Positions 9,801-23,645 of a DNA stretch of 50,499 bases are shown piece after piece; within the stretch, counting starts at the first letter, position 1, and each line of letters starts with the position of its first letter. The stretch is from the NCBI GenBank assembly GCA_008632985.1, contig QPGO01000344.1:1-50499 (forward strand). Reading direction: 5' to 3'. The notes under the pieces are model-generated. The model made no database searches. It saw only the letters and a list, made by a program, of their open reading frames with translations, and was not told the DNA's origin. The position numbers and the translations under genes are program-made. The DNA is from Psammoneis japonica. Taxonomy: Eukaryota.

Positions 9801-12177
9801 GGCGGTGCACGAGCCAAGAATGATGGCCTTGGTGGACTGGGGTGAGGTGTCCCAAATGCGCTGATGGTCCAGCGGAATGTGACGCCATTGTTCCCTGGTG
9901 AGGGAATTGCCACAAGTTTGCGCAGCATGAGCTTGGATGACATCGACATCACTGTTGATGTCGAAGAATGCATCGTCATCAGGGTTGTCAGGGACCAGGT
10001 CATGTGAGCAGATGGCATGGCGCCGAGTGCAAGGAGCCATCTTGGGGGCAAATGTGCTGTTGCACTGTGTGCTGCAGCAGAAAGCAGGAGTCCACAGTGC
10101 TCTTCACAAGAGAGCCCCTTTCCATTCTGCATGCGGAGCTGATCAGCCTGATTCTTCACCAAACGGAGTTCTTTGATGGGATGAACGGCGTTCTCAAGCA
10201 TGACACGTTTCTGTCCAGCAGAGAAATGGTCCGCACCCGGGATGAGAGCTTCACACTTGCGGAGCTGGTCCTGCCAGTGGAGTGTGAAGGCATGGGTGGA
10301 TCCTTTCCAGGTGCCATCACCGAGGCGAGCAGTGGTGAGGTGTGTGAGAAGGGTCAAGGACTCCAGGGATGCATGAGTGGAAATGAGGGAATGCTTGGAG
10401 AGGTCACGACACACTGCTTGAGCATCAGAGGAGCCGACATGTTGATGAACAAGAGCCTTGCCTTTGTCATTCTGCAAGATCCGTTTGAACATGGCAAACA
10501 TGTGCTTCTGTTGTTCAGCAAACAGGGCCTTGTTCTCAGCTGTAGAGGGCTTGTACGTCGGATCGAGAATGTGTGCAACGTCCTGGGAGTGGGCCTGTGC
10601 GATGATGGAGGTGTGCCACGTGTGCCACTGTTTGTCGGACTTGAGAAGCACGAAGGCAAGCGGGTCACATTTGAAGCCTCGTTTAAAGTTGCGCACAGGA
10701 TCACATGGTTTGGGTGGCAATGAGCCAGGAGTGGGAGCAGATGGTGCTGCACCCATGGAGAGGGATGTCACATGCTCAGGACTAAGACGACAGTTGGTGA
10801 ACTCCTCGTGCGTGAACAATTGAGGGTCATTGCCAACATCTGCGCCGCCGTGCGCTTTTGCCATGTGCAGGCTAATCAGCGCAGCCATCTGTGCTTTGTA
10901 ACCACGTGGCAAGGGCATTTGATTGGTGCCGTCATTGCACACAAGGGCATCCAATTGCATTGGAGTAAAAGTGAAAAGGTCCTGATGCAAATCGGTTCCA
11001 TCAATGTTGAGGGCGGAGCGCAATGGACTGTCTGCGGCTTGATTCAGAACAGTGCCTAGAATGTGCTCGAGGCCATCAATTTGTTGTTGCCTGGTGAAAA
11101 CCATGTTGCAACTGGGTGGATGTCGGAGCCAGCTAGAGTCAGAAGGTGAGCTTGAAATGACTTGAAACTTGGCTTGAATCTTGACTTGAAGTCTTGAACT
11201 ATCTTGCAAGTCAGAAGCCGCTGGGCTGTGACATCCCGTTCGTAGTCAGGTGCTGAGCTTCCCATCCGGTCCGTAGAGTTGTGCTGGCACGTCCGGACCC
11301 GCAGCCAGCGACGCTTTGGGTTGCTTGAGAGCTAAGTGACGGGTTAAAAGCCCCTGCTGACAAGCTGGCCAGAGGTGGACAAGACCTCCAAACCGTTCTT
11401 GTTTTGTGTCGGTTGGATAACCCGATCAGGCCGGCCAAATTTGGTGCTGTGGAGGGACGAACAAACATGGGAAATGCACCCTTGCCCCAACGCAGGCTGT
11501 AATCACGAACTGCTTCCTCTCACAGTTGTCCTCATGGACCTTGCAGGACTGTAGAAGACCAGCAATCCGGTGCAGATACAAGGCGGTAGACTTGGCGTGC
11601 ACGGAGCAGGGCCAGAGTCGAGGGTTTATGTCGCGCGCGCGTGGCTGCGAGCGGATGGATTGGTCTGTCTGCCAACCAGGGTAGAACCCGCTGCAAGGAA
11701 TCCGGAATCTTGGATGTCTGAGAATTCGGGAATTCCTGACCAAACAAATGTCCGTTGAACAAACACATCCAGCAATGGCAGGTGTTGGATAAATCCAAAC
11801 GTGTGGATTCAATCCAGTGTCCAGCAGTGAAGAAGGCAGATGTGCACTTCCAACGCCAACAGTGTGTGTCGTCGAAAAATTTCTCGATGACGATGATGAA
11901 CGCTCAATGGACAATGAAGAGCAAGACTGTTAATCTGAGGATTTGAACAAGATTTTAGTTCATCACACATGATCATGTGTGCTCTTAGTTCTGCGCGCAT
12001 CATGGGATGTAGTTTGCTTTCGAGCCACAGGCTCACAAGAACAATGACAGCAGCACCGATGTCACGACACCAGTTTTTTGGCTCCTGTGACGGTCTCTGC
12101 ACGGAGACTCATCTGCCATTTAGACAGCAGCAAGGAGTTGTTGTTTTCTTCCACCCAGTCATCTTCATTTTCTGTCA
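6870..12177 (-). mobile_element. copia A near-full copy (LTR, PBS, UTR, gag from 11104, protease, integrase, RT start; RT/RNase H core deleted at ~7017; partial 3' LTR)
   Basis: ORFs 9776..11209 (Gag), 8280..10040 (protease LVDRGANGG), 7462..8493 (integrase) and 6787..7446 (RT start fused to the pol end). Confidence 0.88.
11936..12177 (+). repeat. copia A LTR in opposite orientation to the adjacent PBS/gag
   Basis: Reads TGAGGATTTG...TTTTCTGTCA on +, while the PBS at 11925-11935 and gag run on -. Confidence 0.85.
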
Positions 12178-12179
12178 GT

Positions 12180-13845
12180 GTGCAGGTGGGGGCATGCGGA
12201 CAAATTGGTCTGTCTGCCAACCAGGGCAGAATCCACTGCAGCAAATCTGGAATGTCAAATGTCTGAGAATCGGGAATTCCTGACCATACAGACATCCATT
12301 GAATTAATGCATCCAGTGATGAGAGGTCTTGGACAGATAAAAATGCAAAAATTCAATCCTCCAATGTCCAGCAGCAAAGAAGGTGGGCACAAACTTCCTC
12401 CACCAACAGTGCACATCATCGAATTTTTTCTCAACGACCTCCATCTCGGAAGCAACGCAGATGTTGATTTTCATGCCAACAACCATGACCTTGCCTTGGC
12501 CACTGCACCATCCACTAATGTGCATGACAGGATGGACACAACAACCCCATCCTGGCACATCTCATGAAGCACAAGCCTGTGCCGCCCAGTGATCTACAAT
12601 GTCTCCTCTCACCCGACAACCCCCCCCCCCCCCCTGCTCAATCTAGAGTGAAACCTCCTGGCTCAAAGTCCCTGCCTGGCTCTGCCACAGACATCAAAAT
12701 CAATGGACACACTTGTCACTGTTGGAAATGGCAAATTAAAAGTTCAAACACCAAAATTAGATGGTGCAAAGAAGATGCGCGCATCAGCGCTCATGTGCTC
12801 CACATTGTTTTGACCTGAAGGTTGCGAGGCAACTGCTGTTCCATAAATGACTGTTGTGGGGCAATTGGTGTCCATAAGTGAAGGGGTCCTCTATCCTCTG
12901 AAACGATTCTAATTGGTCTAAACAGCAGATGAGTCTCCGTGCAGAGACCGTCACAGGAGCCGAAAGACTGGTGTCATGACATCGGTGCCACTGTTGTCAT
13001 TCTTGTGAGCCTGTGGCTTGAAAGCAAACTGCATCGCGCAATGTGCGCGGAACTAAGAGCACACACATTTGTGTGTGACAAACTAAAATCTTGTTCAAAT
13101 CCTGTCACACACGATGTGTTTGTCTGACTCTGGCCCTGCTCCACACACGCCAAGTCCACTGCCACATGTCCACACTGGATTGCTGGTCTTTTGCAGTTCT
13201 ACAAGGTCCAGAAGGATGACTGTGAGAGGGAGCAGTTTGCAACTGCAGCCTGTGTTGGGGTGAGGGCACATTTCTCATGTTTGTTTGTCCCTCCACAGTG
13301 CCAATTTGGCTGGCCTGATTGGGTCATCCAACTGTCCACCTCTGGTTGGCTTGCCAGCAGGGGTTTTTAACCTGTTGCTCCACTCAGAAGCAACCCAAGG
13401 CATCACCAGCCATGGGATTTTGGACGTTCCACCCAGGCCTTCACACTTCACTGGCAAGACCAGCTTTGAAAGTGTGAAGCTCTCATTCTGTGCACGGATT
13501 GATTCTCTGAAGGCCAGAAACATGTCATGCTGGAGAATGCCATCCACCCTGTTGAAGAACTTTGTTCCATCAAGAACCAAGCCAACCAGCATTGCACACA
13601 GAATGGCAAGAGCCTCACCTGTGAGCAACATTGTGGCCTCCCACTTTCTGCGGTGGCGCAGTGCTGCAGCACGTTGCACCCAAGACGGCCTTCCATGCCC
13701 CATGCTGTGCTGTCTGTGCCCATGACCTGGCACCCAACAACCCTGATGATGATGTGTTCTTTGACATTGACAGTGATGTCAACATCATTCAGACTCATGC
13801 TTCTCAAGCCCGCGGTCCCTCTCTCACCAAGGAACAGTGGTCGCA
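12180..13845. mobile_element. older, fragmented copia A-related pieces (UTR, gag-protease linker, LTR ~12920-13107, gag ~13430-13845)
   Basis: Similar to family A UTR and LTR. ORF 13527 reads MLENAIHPVEELCSIKNQANQ. Confidence 0.7.
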
Positions 13846-15499
13846 GTGTGTTGGGGTGGCATGTCGGTGTCGGTTGAATCCAGGATGATTTTGGCGGGAT
13901 CTGTGTGATTTGTGGTGGCATCAATGGCATCACCAGTTTGGCCCACAGCAGTTTCAGATGAGAAGGTGGAGGCACATGGCATCTTGTGGAGAAGGATGTT
14001 TCTTGGCTGTTTGGGAAGGGCAAGGAAGAGCAATTGGAGAGGGTGCAGATGCTGGCATGGGCAAGGGCTGCCAGGATGCTTCGAGAAAAGAAAGGGCTGT
14101 TTCTGAAAGGGTGTTGCAAGATGGTTTGTTGACTGCTTGAATGAAGGATGTAAATGCATGAGTCAGAGAAGGAGGAGGGCGGCATTTGGAAGAGTTGCAG
14201 AGTGAGTCTTGGGGCATGCTGGGGCAGAGGTGCAGGGTGGCATCTGTGACATTGATGAAAGGGGTGGCAAAGAAAAGGACCTTGTGTTTAATTGGGGTGT
14301 TGTCATGGACAAAAAAAATGAGGATGACACTGCAAAGGTTTGGTGCAGTGAGAAGTCTGACACAATCAGCAGGTTTGGTGATGTTGAGGTGGCTGGAGAT
14401 GATGAAGAAGGTGTTGGCTTGGCATTTGTTGATGGCTTGCAAGTTTGCGGCAATCAAAGAGATGTGTTGAGAGAAAGGAAAACTCAAGATGGACAAGGAG
14501 AGGCCAAGGACATTCACAATTGGGGGTGGCTGGTTGGGAGGGTTGATGACAGATGAGGGAGAGGTCCACATTTCTGGTGTTGATGCAGTGAGGAAACAGA
14601 CGTCTGATTTGGGAAGGTTGGCAGTTTGTCTGGGAAAGAAGCTTGGGAATTGTGATGGCCAAATGCCGACATGGTCAAGAAAGGTGTCGCATTCAGAGAA
14701 TGGGGAAAGGTTGGGATCTGAGTGTTTGGTTGGCAGAAGAGGTTTGACATGGTTGTAAAGTTTTTCAAGGAGGAATTTGCACATGCATCTGGGTTGACCG
14801 CATGGCTTGGGGTTGATGCCAGCCAGGATTCCACGGGCTTGTTCGGTGAAAGAGTTGCAGGCCAGGATGAGAAAAGTGGCACATCAAGTCCAAGGGTTGG
14901 AAGAGACTGGGAAATCTTTGGCATCTGGGGAGAGGAAGTCTGCAATTCTACGCAAGCACCAGTGGGATTGTCCTGTGTGAGAGTGTGGTGGCATGCCAAC
15001 CTCAACCTGCACTTTGGGACGTCAGGCAGTTGCGCCAATGACAGAGAAACCAAAAGGTGTCAGAGGGGATGCTCTGTTGTGTCTGCATCCAGGGGAGTGG
15101 TGCCGCCATGGTGTCGCATCTCTTTGCATTTTCTTTCTTGATGTCAGCATGTTTTCTGTGTTAAATTCCACACGATTCAGCAATTTTCAAGTCAGTTATT
15201 TCAGTGCAAATTTCATTTACAATTCTGCGTGTTTGGCAAGAATTTCGAGTCAACGACCATGCAAGGTTCATCCTCTTGTTCTTCTCACCAATGTGCTTCC
15301 TTTGAGTTTTCTTTCCAATGTGCTGCAATTCATGATGGACATTGTGCGGTGTTCCAAAGTGGGTTGTCATAAGTCTTCCAAGTGGTTTGCAGTTCCAAGT
15401 CTTGGTGTTGCTCCTCTTGCTCTTCGATGTTGCAGCTTCAGCACACAATTTCTGTGCGATTCTGCGCATGACGGAAATTTCATCTGGTGGTTCTGATCA

Positions 15500-18400
15500 T
15501 CATTTCCTTTTCCTTTGTTGGGGTCCGTGTTGGATTGATCTACAATGTTCCTCTTTCCAAAATGAGGTTGCAAGCTTTGCAAGCTTCTGCATTGGCACCA
15601 TCTGCTGTGCTTGTTGCCAGATTAATCCAATGGCATGAGTCAAATTGCCTGATGTGTGTGCTGTTTGATTCAGGTGGTTCTAACGCTGTGACATCGTCCA
15701 GCGTTTTGCCTTGTGGAGCCACACCATCCATTGACAAGCATGGATTTCATGCTTTTCAAACAGCAGCAGGTCCTTTTCAGTCAGGTCAATGGGTGGCATT
15801 GAGTGAAATTGTGCGACCTGAGTTTGACAAGACAAGAAGAGTCAATGGCTGTGTTGCACATGTTTTTGATGCTCCATGTGCATGTGACATTGTTTTGGGT
15901 TGAGATTTCTTGGGCAAGATTGGACTGCATTTAAACTACAAGACAAGAACTCTTCATTGGTTGGACTGTGTTACTCCAATGAAGGAGCCTTGTCATTGGG
16001 CTAAAACCCACAGCTGGTGTGTTGCTTTGGACAAGTTTGATGAATGTGATGAAGACTTTGAGGATGAGTTGAATTTTGGACATGAAGAAGATGGCTGTGA
16101 CAGTTGCATTTTGGATGCCAAGTGCAAGAAAACAGATCCTTCGGAGGTTGTCAAGAATTTGGATCATTTGACTGAAGACCAAAAGAAAAAGCTGCTGGCT
16201 GCATTGGAGAAGTGCTCAATGACATTCAATGGAACGCTGGGCCATTGTCCTCATGAAAAGGCACACCCAGAAGTGGATGAAAATGCCACACCTTATCACT
16301 CAAAACCTTTTGCTGTTCCTTGAGTTGATGAAGAGGCATTTAAAAAGGAGCTGCAACATTTGGTGAACCTGGGAGCACTGCAACCATGTGGACCTGCAGA
16401 ATGGGCAGTGGGGGCTTTCATCATTCTGAAGAAGGATGGCCGTGTGCAATGGGTGTCAGATTTTTGCAAATTGAACAAGGTGCTCAAGCAAAAGGTCCAT
16501 CCTCTGCCAGCAACTCAAGATGCACTACAGTGGAGAGCGGGACACAAGTTCTTCACAGAAGTTGATCCAACAGTGCAACAATGTTTTGCTGCAATTTGGA
16601 ATTGGATGAAGAAAGCAAGGAGCTGGCTGCTGTTGCAACTCCCTGCAGAAAATTTCAACATTGTCGAATGGCCATGGGATGAAAGCCAGCTCCAGACATT
16701 GCACAGTCCATCATTGAAAAGACTTCCACATGGTTTGGACGTTGAAACTCATGTTGATGATGTTGGTGCTTTTGATGCTAACTTTGACTCTCATCTCTCT
16801 TGTCTTGATGAGGCACTGCATCATCTCAAGGAGAATGGTTTGAAAGTGAGCCCTTTAAAGTGCAAGTGGTGTGCACAGGAGACAGATTTCCCAGGGCATT
16901 GGCTCATGCCAACTGGAGTCAAACCATGGAAGAAAAAGGTGGAGGCTGTTCTTTGTGTGCAACCTCCACAGAATGCCACTCAACTGCGTTCATTTCTGGG
17001 CACTGTAACCTGCCATCACAACATGTGGCCTTGTCATTCTCACTTGCTTGCACCTTTGACTGAGTCAACAGGCAAAAGTCAATTCAATGGATGGATGCAT
17101 GCCAGAAGGCTTTCAAGGAAATGAAGGCTGTCATTGCTTCTGAAGCACTTTTAGCATGCCCAAACCACAACCTGCCATTTCATGTTTGTGCTGATGCATC
17201 TGACTGCCAGATGGGTGCCGCTGTCATCCAAGATGGCAAACCGGTGGTGCACTGGTCCAAAAAGCTCTCAGCCACACAACGCAACTGCTCAACAATGGAG
17301 AAAGAGCTGTTGGCAGTCACAATGTGCTTCAAAGAATTTTGTGCTGTGTTGCTTGGCACTGACATTGCTGTTCACACTGACCACAAGAATCTCACCTTTT
17401 GCACTTTCAATGCACAGCACGTCCTGTGGTGGCACCTGTTTCTTGAAGATTTTGTGCCCACCTTTTAGTGTGTCAAAGGCAAGGACAATGTGCTCTCTGA
17501 TTGTTTTTCTCAACTCCTGTGCATGGATCATGGACCCGCCTTCAGAGGGGAAGAGCCTTGGTCCACGCAGCCAGAGCAAAGGGAAAATTGTTCATTTTGA
17601 AAAGTTGGAAAGCAGTGAATTGAGCAAGGCCAAGCAAGAGGAAGATTTGGAGTTGGGCACTTGCAGGCTCAGGTGTTGTTGCACTCCTGTTGATCCCTCT
17701 GCTGAGTCTCATGCTTTTTCTTCCATGCTTGATGAGCCAGAGTTGTTTGAATGCTTTTTGAACCATCCGACATTGGAAGAGATGCAGAAACCTGTTGAGA
17801 CATTGCGGCAGCAGCAGCTCCAGTTCAAAGACCATCAGTTGAATCAGCAGCGGCAGCAGAATCCCCAGCAATTTGTGATCAAGATTGTGAATCAACGCCC
17901 TCTTGTTTGCTGTTGGTTTCATGCAGATGATCCACCAGGAGCACGGAAGATTTGCACTCCTTCTGAGTTGTTGCCTGATGTCCTCACTTGGTGTCATTGT
18001 GTGTGAGGCCATTGCAGAGTTGTTTGTTTGCATGAAAGCATTTGCACTCACTTGCATCATCCTGCATTGCATTGGTGTTGCAATGAGTTTGTTTGTGATG
18101 CATGTCAACATTTCAAGCAACTTGGTCCTGGACATGGAGAATTACCTCAGCATCAAGCACCATTGGCTCCATGGTCTGAAGCAGCGGTTGATCTCATTGG
18201 ACCCTGGAAACTGTCCATCCAAGATCAAGAAATTGAATTCAGTGCTCTCACCTGTGTTGATGCTGTTGCTGGATTGACTGAACTTCTTTGCACTGACAAC
18301 AAAATGTCTCAACATGTTGCCAACAAGTTTTGCAACCTTTGGCCAGCTCGTTGTCCCAGACCAAATCAGTGAATCCATGACAATGGTGACAAGTTCATTG

Positions 18401-19066
18401 GTTGGGAATTCCAAATGTCATTGAGTCAAGTGGGTGTTGCTGATGCTCCAACAACATCGCACAATCCCACAGCCAATGCGACATGTGAGCAAATGCACCA
18501 GATGGCAGTCAACATCTTGCACACTGTGGTTGTTGCCAACCCACCTTTGAACATTCAACTGGTGGCAGTGACAGTGGACAATGGCCTTGCTGCTGCATCA
18601 TGTGCTTTGCGATGCTCACTTTCAAGGTCTGTGGGTGTCTCAAGTGGAGCTCTTGCATTCCAACTTGATGTGATTTTGGATCTGCCTGTTGTTGCCAATC
18701 TTGCAACAATTTAAGCCAACCATCAAGTGCCAACTGATGAGAATCTACAAAGACAGAATGCAAAGCATCATCCCTGCAATTGTCCAGTTGGGCAAGATGC
18801 ATTGATCAAGTCCGTTGATCCAGCAAAAATGGAGGAGCAAGCATGTGGTCCATTTTGAATTGCACAAGTCCATGCCACCGGGACTGTTTTGGCACTGCAA
18901 GCACCACACGTCATCAAGCAAATTGGCGTTCATCACATGGTGCCACATCAGAGTTGAGGGTTTCTACCCAACATCTGGGTTCCCTTCTTGTGTGCATCTA
19001 GTTTTGAATTTGAGTCAAGTGGTTCCATTGGTGCACGTGTTCCTTGCACCATGGAGGGGAAGAGAG
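15500..19066 (+). pseudogene. pol: decayed Ty3/gypsy pol (protease, RT, RNase H, integrase) ending in a PPT
   Basis: VLFDSGGS, FIILKKDGRVQWVSDF, ETHVDDV, DASDCQMGA..EKELLAV, DLIGPW and NPTANATCEQMHQ. PPT GGAGGGGAAGAG lies at ~19053-19066. Its 3' LTR is probably split by the element at 19243-25311. Confidence 0.9.
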
Positions 19067-19242
19067 AACGAGATGGGCACATGCACTCTGTGACCGAGTG
19101 TGCCCTCTCTGACACATGTGTGTTAACTGACACATCAGATGTCCAAGGGACCATCAGAAGGTCCGATCAGTGATCAAGCTGATCGGGTCTCTTCTCAGTT
19201 CCCACACAATTGTCCTTTTTGTCAAGTCATCCCAAGCCAGAT

Positions 19243-19695
19243 TGCCCCATGCAAAAACAGGGTCTGAGTGCTCAGTCACAAAGAGGTTGACAATTCGTGT
19301 GTTACGAAAATTGTGAGATTATTTTAGTTAGAGTGCAAACACGCGATGGTGTCTTTTTCCAAGAAACAAGAATTCTTGTCATGTGACAAGTCATTGGAAA
19401 GACTCAAGCACAAGTCTTTTGCAACACTCATTGACACTCATGCGGAGCCAATTCGCAGGCTCACACTCGGCACTGCGTGCATCCTACGCAGACCCTTTGT
19501 GCAAGGCGAGTCTCTTGCATGATGGCCCAGTCGTGCCGGTCTCGGTTGCATGGAACTCCTGTGGCCCATCGCAGGTCTCGCACTGGGAGTCGCGTTCTCT
19601 TGCCACACGCTTCTGCGGGATCAGCGTCGCTGTGGACAGCCTGCAGACGAAGGAAAGCAGCATCATCGGCGGCTGCGGCAGGGATGCCTGCTGCA
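19243..19695 (-). repeat. 3' LTR of element B
   Basis: Direct repeat of 24861-25311, preceded by a PPT. Confidence 0.88.
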
Positions 19696-19779
19696 CTCGC
19701 CCCTGTGACAAGGTCGCACGAGTGACAGAAGGGTCCCACTGCTGGAAAAAAAGGACATTTTTTGGTGTGTCCAAAAAAC

Positions 19780-20180
19780 CAGCATGCCTTCTCGCACACA
19801 AAGCATGACATTTTCATTGACTTGAACAACTGCAGCTGGCCCTGCATGACAGTTGTCGGTGCCACCATTTGTCCGTTGTTCATGCTCAATTCTCACGCTT
19901 GTCAGTTGAGCGGAACGTTTTCTGATTTCTGTCCGAGACATGCCTTGACTCATTGCAAAAGGCAATGGACAATGTTGCATCACGTCCGAAGACCAACTGC
20001 ATCGGAGTTGCCTTGGTGCAGTTGCACGTGCAGCAAAGGTCACGGCAGAAAGTTTCAATCCAAAGGTCGTCTTCGTCTGGCTCCATGTTTCTTGTGCTCG
20101 GAGCACTGTGTCAAGAACGCACGCATGGCAGTGTCAAGTTTCCAATCGTCTGATGTGCCGTTCCACCATGGAGTTCGACC
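19780..20180 (-). pseudogene. gypsy integrase C-terminal fragment
   Basis: KATPMQLVFGRDA, homologous to the integrase at 46306..47481. Confidence 0.75.
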
Positions 20181-21599
20181 CAGGTAAAAAAAAAGAAAAA
20201 AAGAAAAAAGGTGGTGCATCGACATGCGTGCAGAGTTGATCAGGCTCCACTCTCTGTCATGGCAACACCCCTTCTGTCTTTGACAGGCAATGGACAAAGC
20301 AAAAAAATTTTGCTCACATCACATTCTTTCACCTTCACAGAAAGAACGCATCAAATTCGTATTTGAATGGCGGGCTTTTCGTCATAAAGCTCTTTTTACG
20401 CCAGTTCAGGTTGTTTTTGTCTTTTTCCGGGCATTTTTGTAACTTTTGCAATTTTGCAGCCGAAATTTTTGCTCACATCCTTACATTCGGCGTTGCAAAA
20501 CGGCATTCTTTCTTTCCGTTCATTGAGTTCTTTAAAGTCTGTTAAACCGAATGGTCTGCAGCCCATGAGCGGTCAAGCACTCTCATTTTTTAGAGCACAT
20601 TGACTCTTGCGCGTGTGGCTTGTCACACATTGGGGTGTTCCGTTTCACCCTTCGAGCGTTTCGTCACATGACGTCTCATTCAGCACTTCTTACATAAAAG
20701 TGACATGTGGTAGAGGAGAGCACATGTGTTGTGCTGTACTCCTGTGTGCATGCTTTTCTCGCACAATGGGTTTTTCCGTTCAACCCTTCGAGCGTCACGT
20801 CAATTAACGTCTCGCATCCAAGTGTCAGTGCATGCAGTCATTCTTGCTGCGCGTGATTCTTTGCATGTGCACAGTGGGGCCGGCCCCAGGCCTTTCGTCT
20901 GACACACTGTTCGGCCTTTTTCTTTTTACGCAGCAGCTAGCATCTTTGCTGCTGTGCGGTCATTCTCACATTTAAGTGTCAACAAATGACGTGTGCATGA
21001 TGCAGCGCATGGAATTGTGTGCTGCATGTCCAGTGTGAGCATTGGCTCTAGGCCATTTACAGGCCTTGCAGAAACATTGTGTCTATTCTACGTGACAGAG
21101 ACGTGGAAAAATATGCCACAGACAGTGTCATGAGTCATTTTCTGTTGACACTTTGTCTTGGGCCTTTTGGCACATCTAGCTAAACTGCTGTTCTCGTGTA
21201 GTTTGCAGCACTGCCTTCTTGGCAGTCATCGGTGTCAGTGTGTTTCTCACCGGAATTGAACAAATTTAGAAAGTCCGGAATTCTGCCAACCGCTGACGCG
21301 TTCCGGTGTGGCAAACAGACGTTTTTGCCAACCTCTGGTTGGCAACATTCCGTTGAAACGACTTTTTTTGACTCACTCGAATCAGCGCATTTTGCGTACA
21401 ATCTACGACGCTGTCGAAATCTTCAAGGGAAAATTACCAACCCTCGGTTGGCACCATCTGTCATGGTTCCCTCTTGTCTGCACAAGGCAAACTGACGTCA
21501 GCCCGCCTCCCGCTCCGCGCTCCTCCACACGCTTCTCGTCTCTCGTCTTCATTCACATCGATTTGTTGTTGCTTTTTTTGTTGAAGAGAAAACAATGCC

Positions 21600-22480
21600 G
21601 TGGCAGTGTTGACGATTGCCAATGACAAATCCCAGATGATTGAGGACCTCCTTGCCTGCATGGACAGGGATGACGTTGCTCGAACTGGTGGTGGGTCCAA
21701 AAAGGTGATGAGTTGGAAGATGAGCTTTCTGTGGAGAGGATCTCTCCTGATTCATTGTGTTTCTCCATTTCAAGAACTTTGCAAAGAAAGCAAGCGAAAA
21801 TTACAAAATTCTGCATGCAGACTTGACGGCCGATTTGGACCCAGGTGAATCAGGCAAGAGCCACATGGAGCGTGCAAGGGCAGTGGCAATGAAGCACATT
21901 CTTCATGCCAGTCCAATGTGCCACCCAATTGCATTGGAGAAGCCAACTGTTGCTGTGCACATGGCTCATCTCTGCAAGCTCAGGGACAGCACAACAATGA
22001 ACCTTTGTCTCACAAGTCGTGTGGAGGTCATTGGGCATCACTCGCGCATCCATTCGGGCAGTGCAAGGTTGTTCTGATGGAGCAGTTTAAACAGAAACTC
22101 AAAAAAGCCATGACTGGTTTAAAGAACACAGCTGCTGCAGCCCGCAATGCAGCTGGGGAGGTTTTGGGAGATGGAAAAGCTTCCCTTCCATTCCAGGTGT
22201 GCTGCGCCTTGTGCAAATGGCTGCTTGAAGACGAAAGCATGGGAGCAATGTTCGGGCACTGCTTCCTCATGCTCACTTGGAACCTGATGTGTCGCTCACG
22301 CAACACGGTTCTTGTGCGACTGGAGCACATTGGGTGGGAGGGTGATGCCATGACTGTGCAATTTGCTCACTCCAAGACCGACATGTCGGGAGAACAAGCT
22401 GCGAGGAAACGGCACATGTGCGCTGGCCCATTAAATCCCGGGATTTGTCCAGCTCTGTCCATTGCTCGTTTTCGTGCTGA
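21600..22480 (+). pseudogene. Crypton-like tyrosine recombinase, frameshifted and C-terminally truncated
   Basis: GKASLPF..LCKWL..FGHCFLMLTWNLMCRSRNT..HIGWEGDAMTVQFAHSKTD..RHMCAGPLNPGICP resembles stramenopile Crypton YR proteins. The HxxR and catalytic Tyr region is not seen. Confidence 0.75.
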
Positions 22481-22498
22481 AAGGGCCGCAAAGCCACA

Positions 22499-23645
22499 TT
22501 GTGCAATCTCCGATTTCTATGCAACACATTTGACGAGGCTACGACAACAAAGAAGAAAGATGCAACATCCACAGTTGCTGCGCTCCATGCATCTCCGGCA
22601 ATTCAGAGCATTCTTCAATCGGTTGAAACGACAGCGACCGGGAGAAAAAGGCGCATTGATCAAATTCATTGGCAAACAACAGCCCGTTCGCTTCGAAAAC
22701 TTAAAAAAACTTCTGAGAGTGGCGTCCAGAAACCAAAGAAACGCAAACTGAATGAGCTCTCTGCAGTCGGCTCCACTGCGGAAGTGGTGAAAAAAGAAAC
22801 ACGCAAGCGGAACCTGCTCTCATCATCAAACAAAGCTAGAGGCCGCATCACGGTCAAGGGACCAATTCCGGCATCGGAGCTCGAGTTCGGCACAGCACAA
22901 CTCGATCCGGAAGAGCTCAGTGCCATTGACAACCAAGGAACAATGATCAATGGCTTTTGTACAACCGCACACTTGAACTCATTGGCAAACAAGCACCGTG
23001 ACAGCGGGTGGCGGCGCAGCACGGATGACTTTGTTGGCTCTCCATTGCAAACATTTAATGCATGGCATGGAAGCGGGTTGGACATCATTCTTGAAAAAAC
23101 TGCAAGAACAAGGAAAAGTGGAAACAGATTTTGAGAAAGACAAATTAATCTTCATGCAAGTCTTCCGTGGACCGCACGAAGCTGGCCACTGGGCTTTGTT
23201 GGTTCTTGACCGAACCAGAGCCGGACAGGATCTGTTTGCATTTTTTGACTCGGCACCAAATTTCTACGAACGGTTGCCACTTGACCTGCAGAACATGTTC
23301 GCCACCACGCCTCTCATCAACACCCAAGCCAAGTGGATGAGGGCTCAAACGCCTCGACAAGCAAGGTGTGCAAATGATTGCGGCATGTGGATGTGTTGCA
23401 TTGCGGCGGCTTACACGAAAACTCTGAAGCTCCAAGGGCTCCTGTACGAAGAATCTGAAGAATCTGTTGGAGTGAGAAAGGACACGACGGAAACAGTGAG
23501 TGTCACATCTGTGACACATGCACCTGACATGTCAACAAAGGATTTGGGTCATGTGGGGCGCAAGCACATTTTGGATTGCCTCAAGTGTAACGAGTGCCGA
23601 GAGGAGGTCAACATCGCAGCAGAACTGGCCGTTTCTTTTGATTGA
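22499..23645 (+). pseudogene. Ulp1/C48-like cysteine protease domain (frameshift near 23050-23130)
   Basis: His-Asp-Gln-Cys order: GHWALLVLD, FFDS, PRQ..NDCGMWMC. Confidence 0.75.

Noticed and set aside
21600..23645. DIRS-type retroelement or host SUMO protease gene
   Set aside because: No linked RT/RNase H in that orientation. The ORFs are broken and lie inside an LTR element, and the motifs fit a Crypton-like transposon better.
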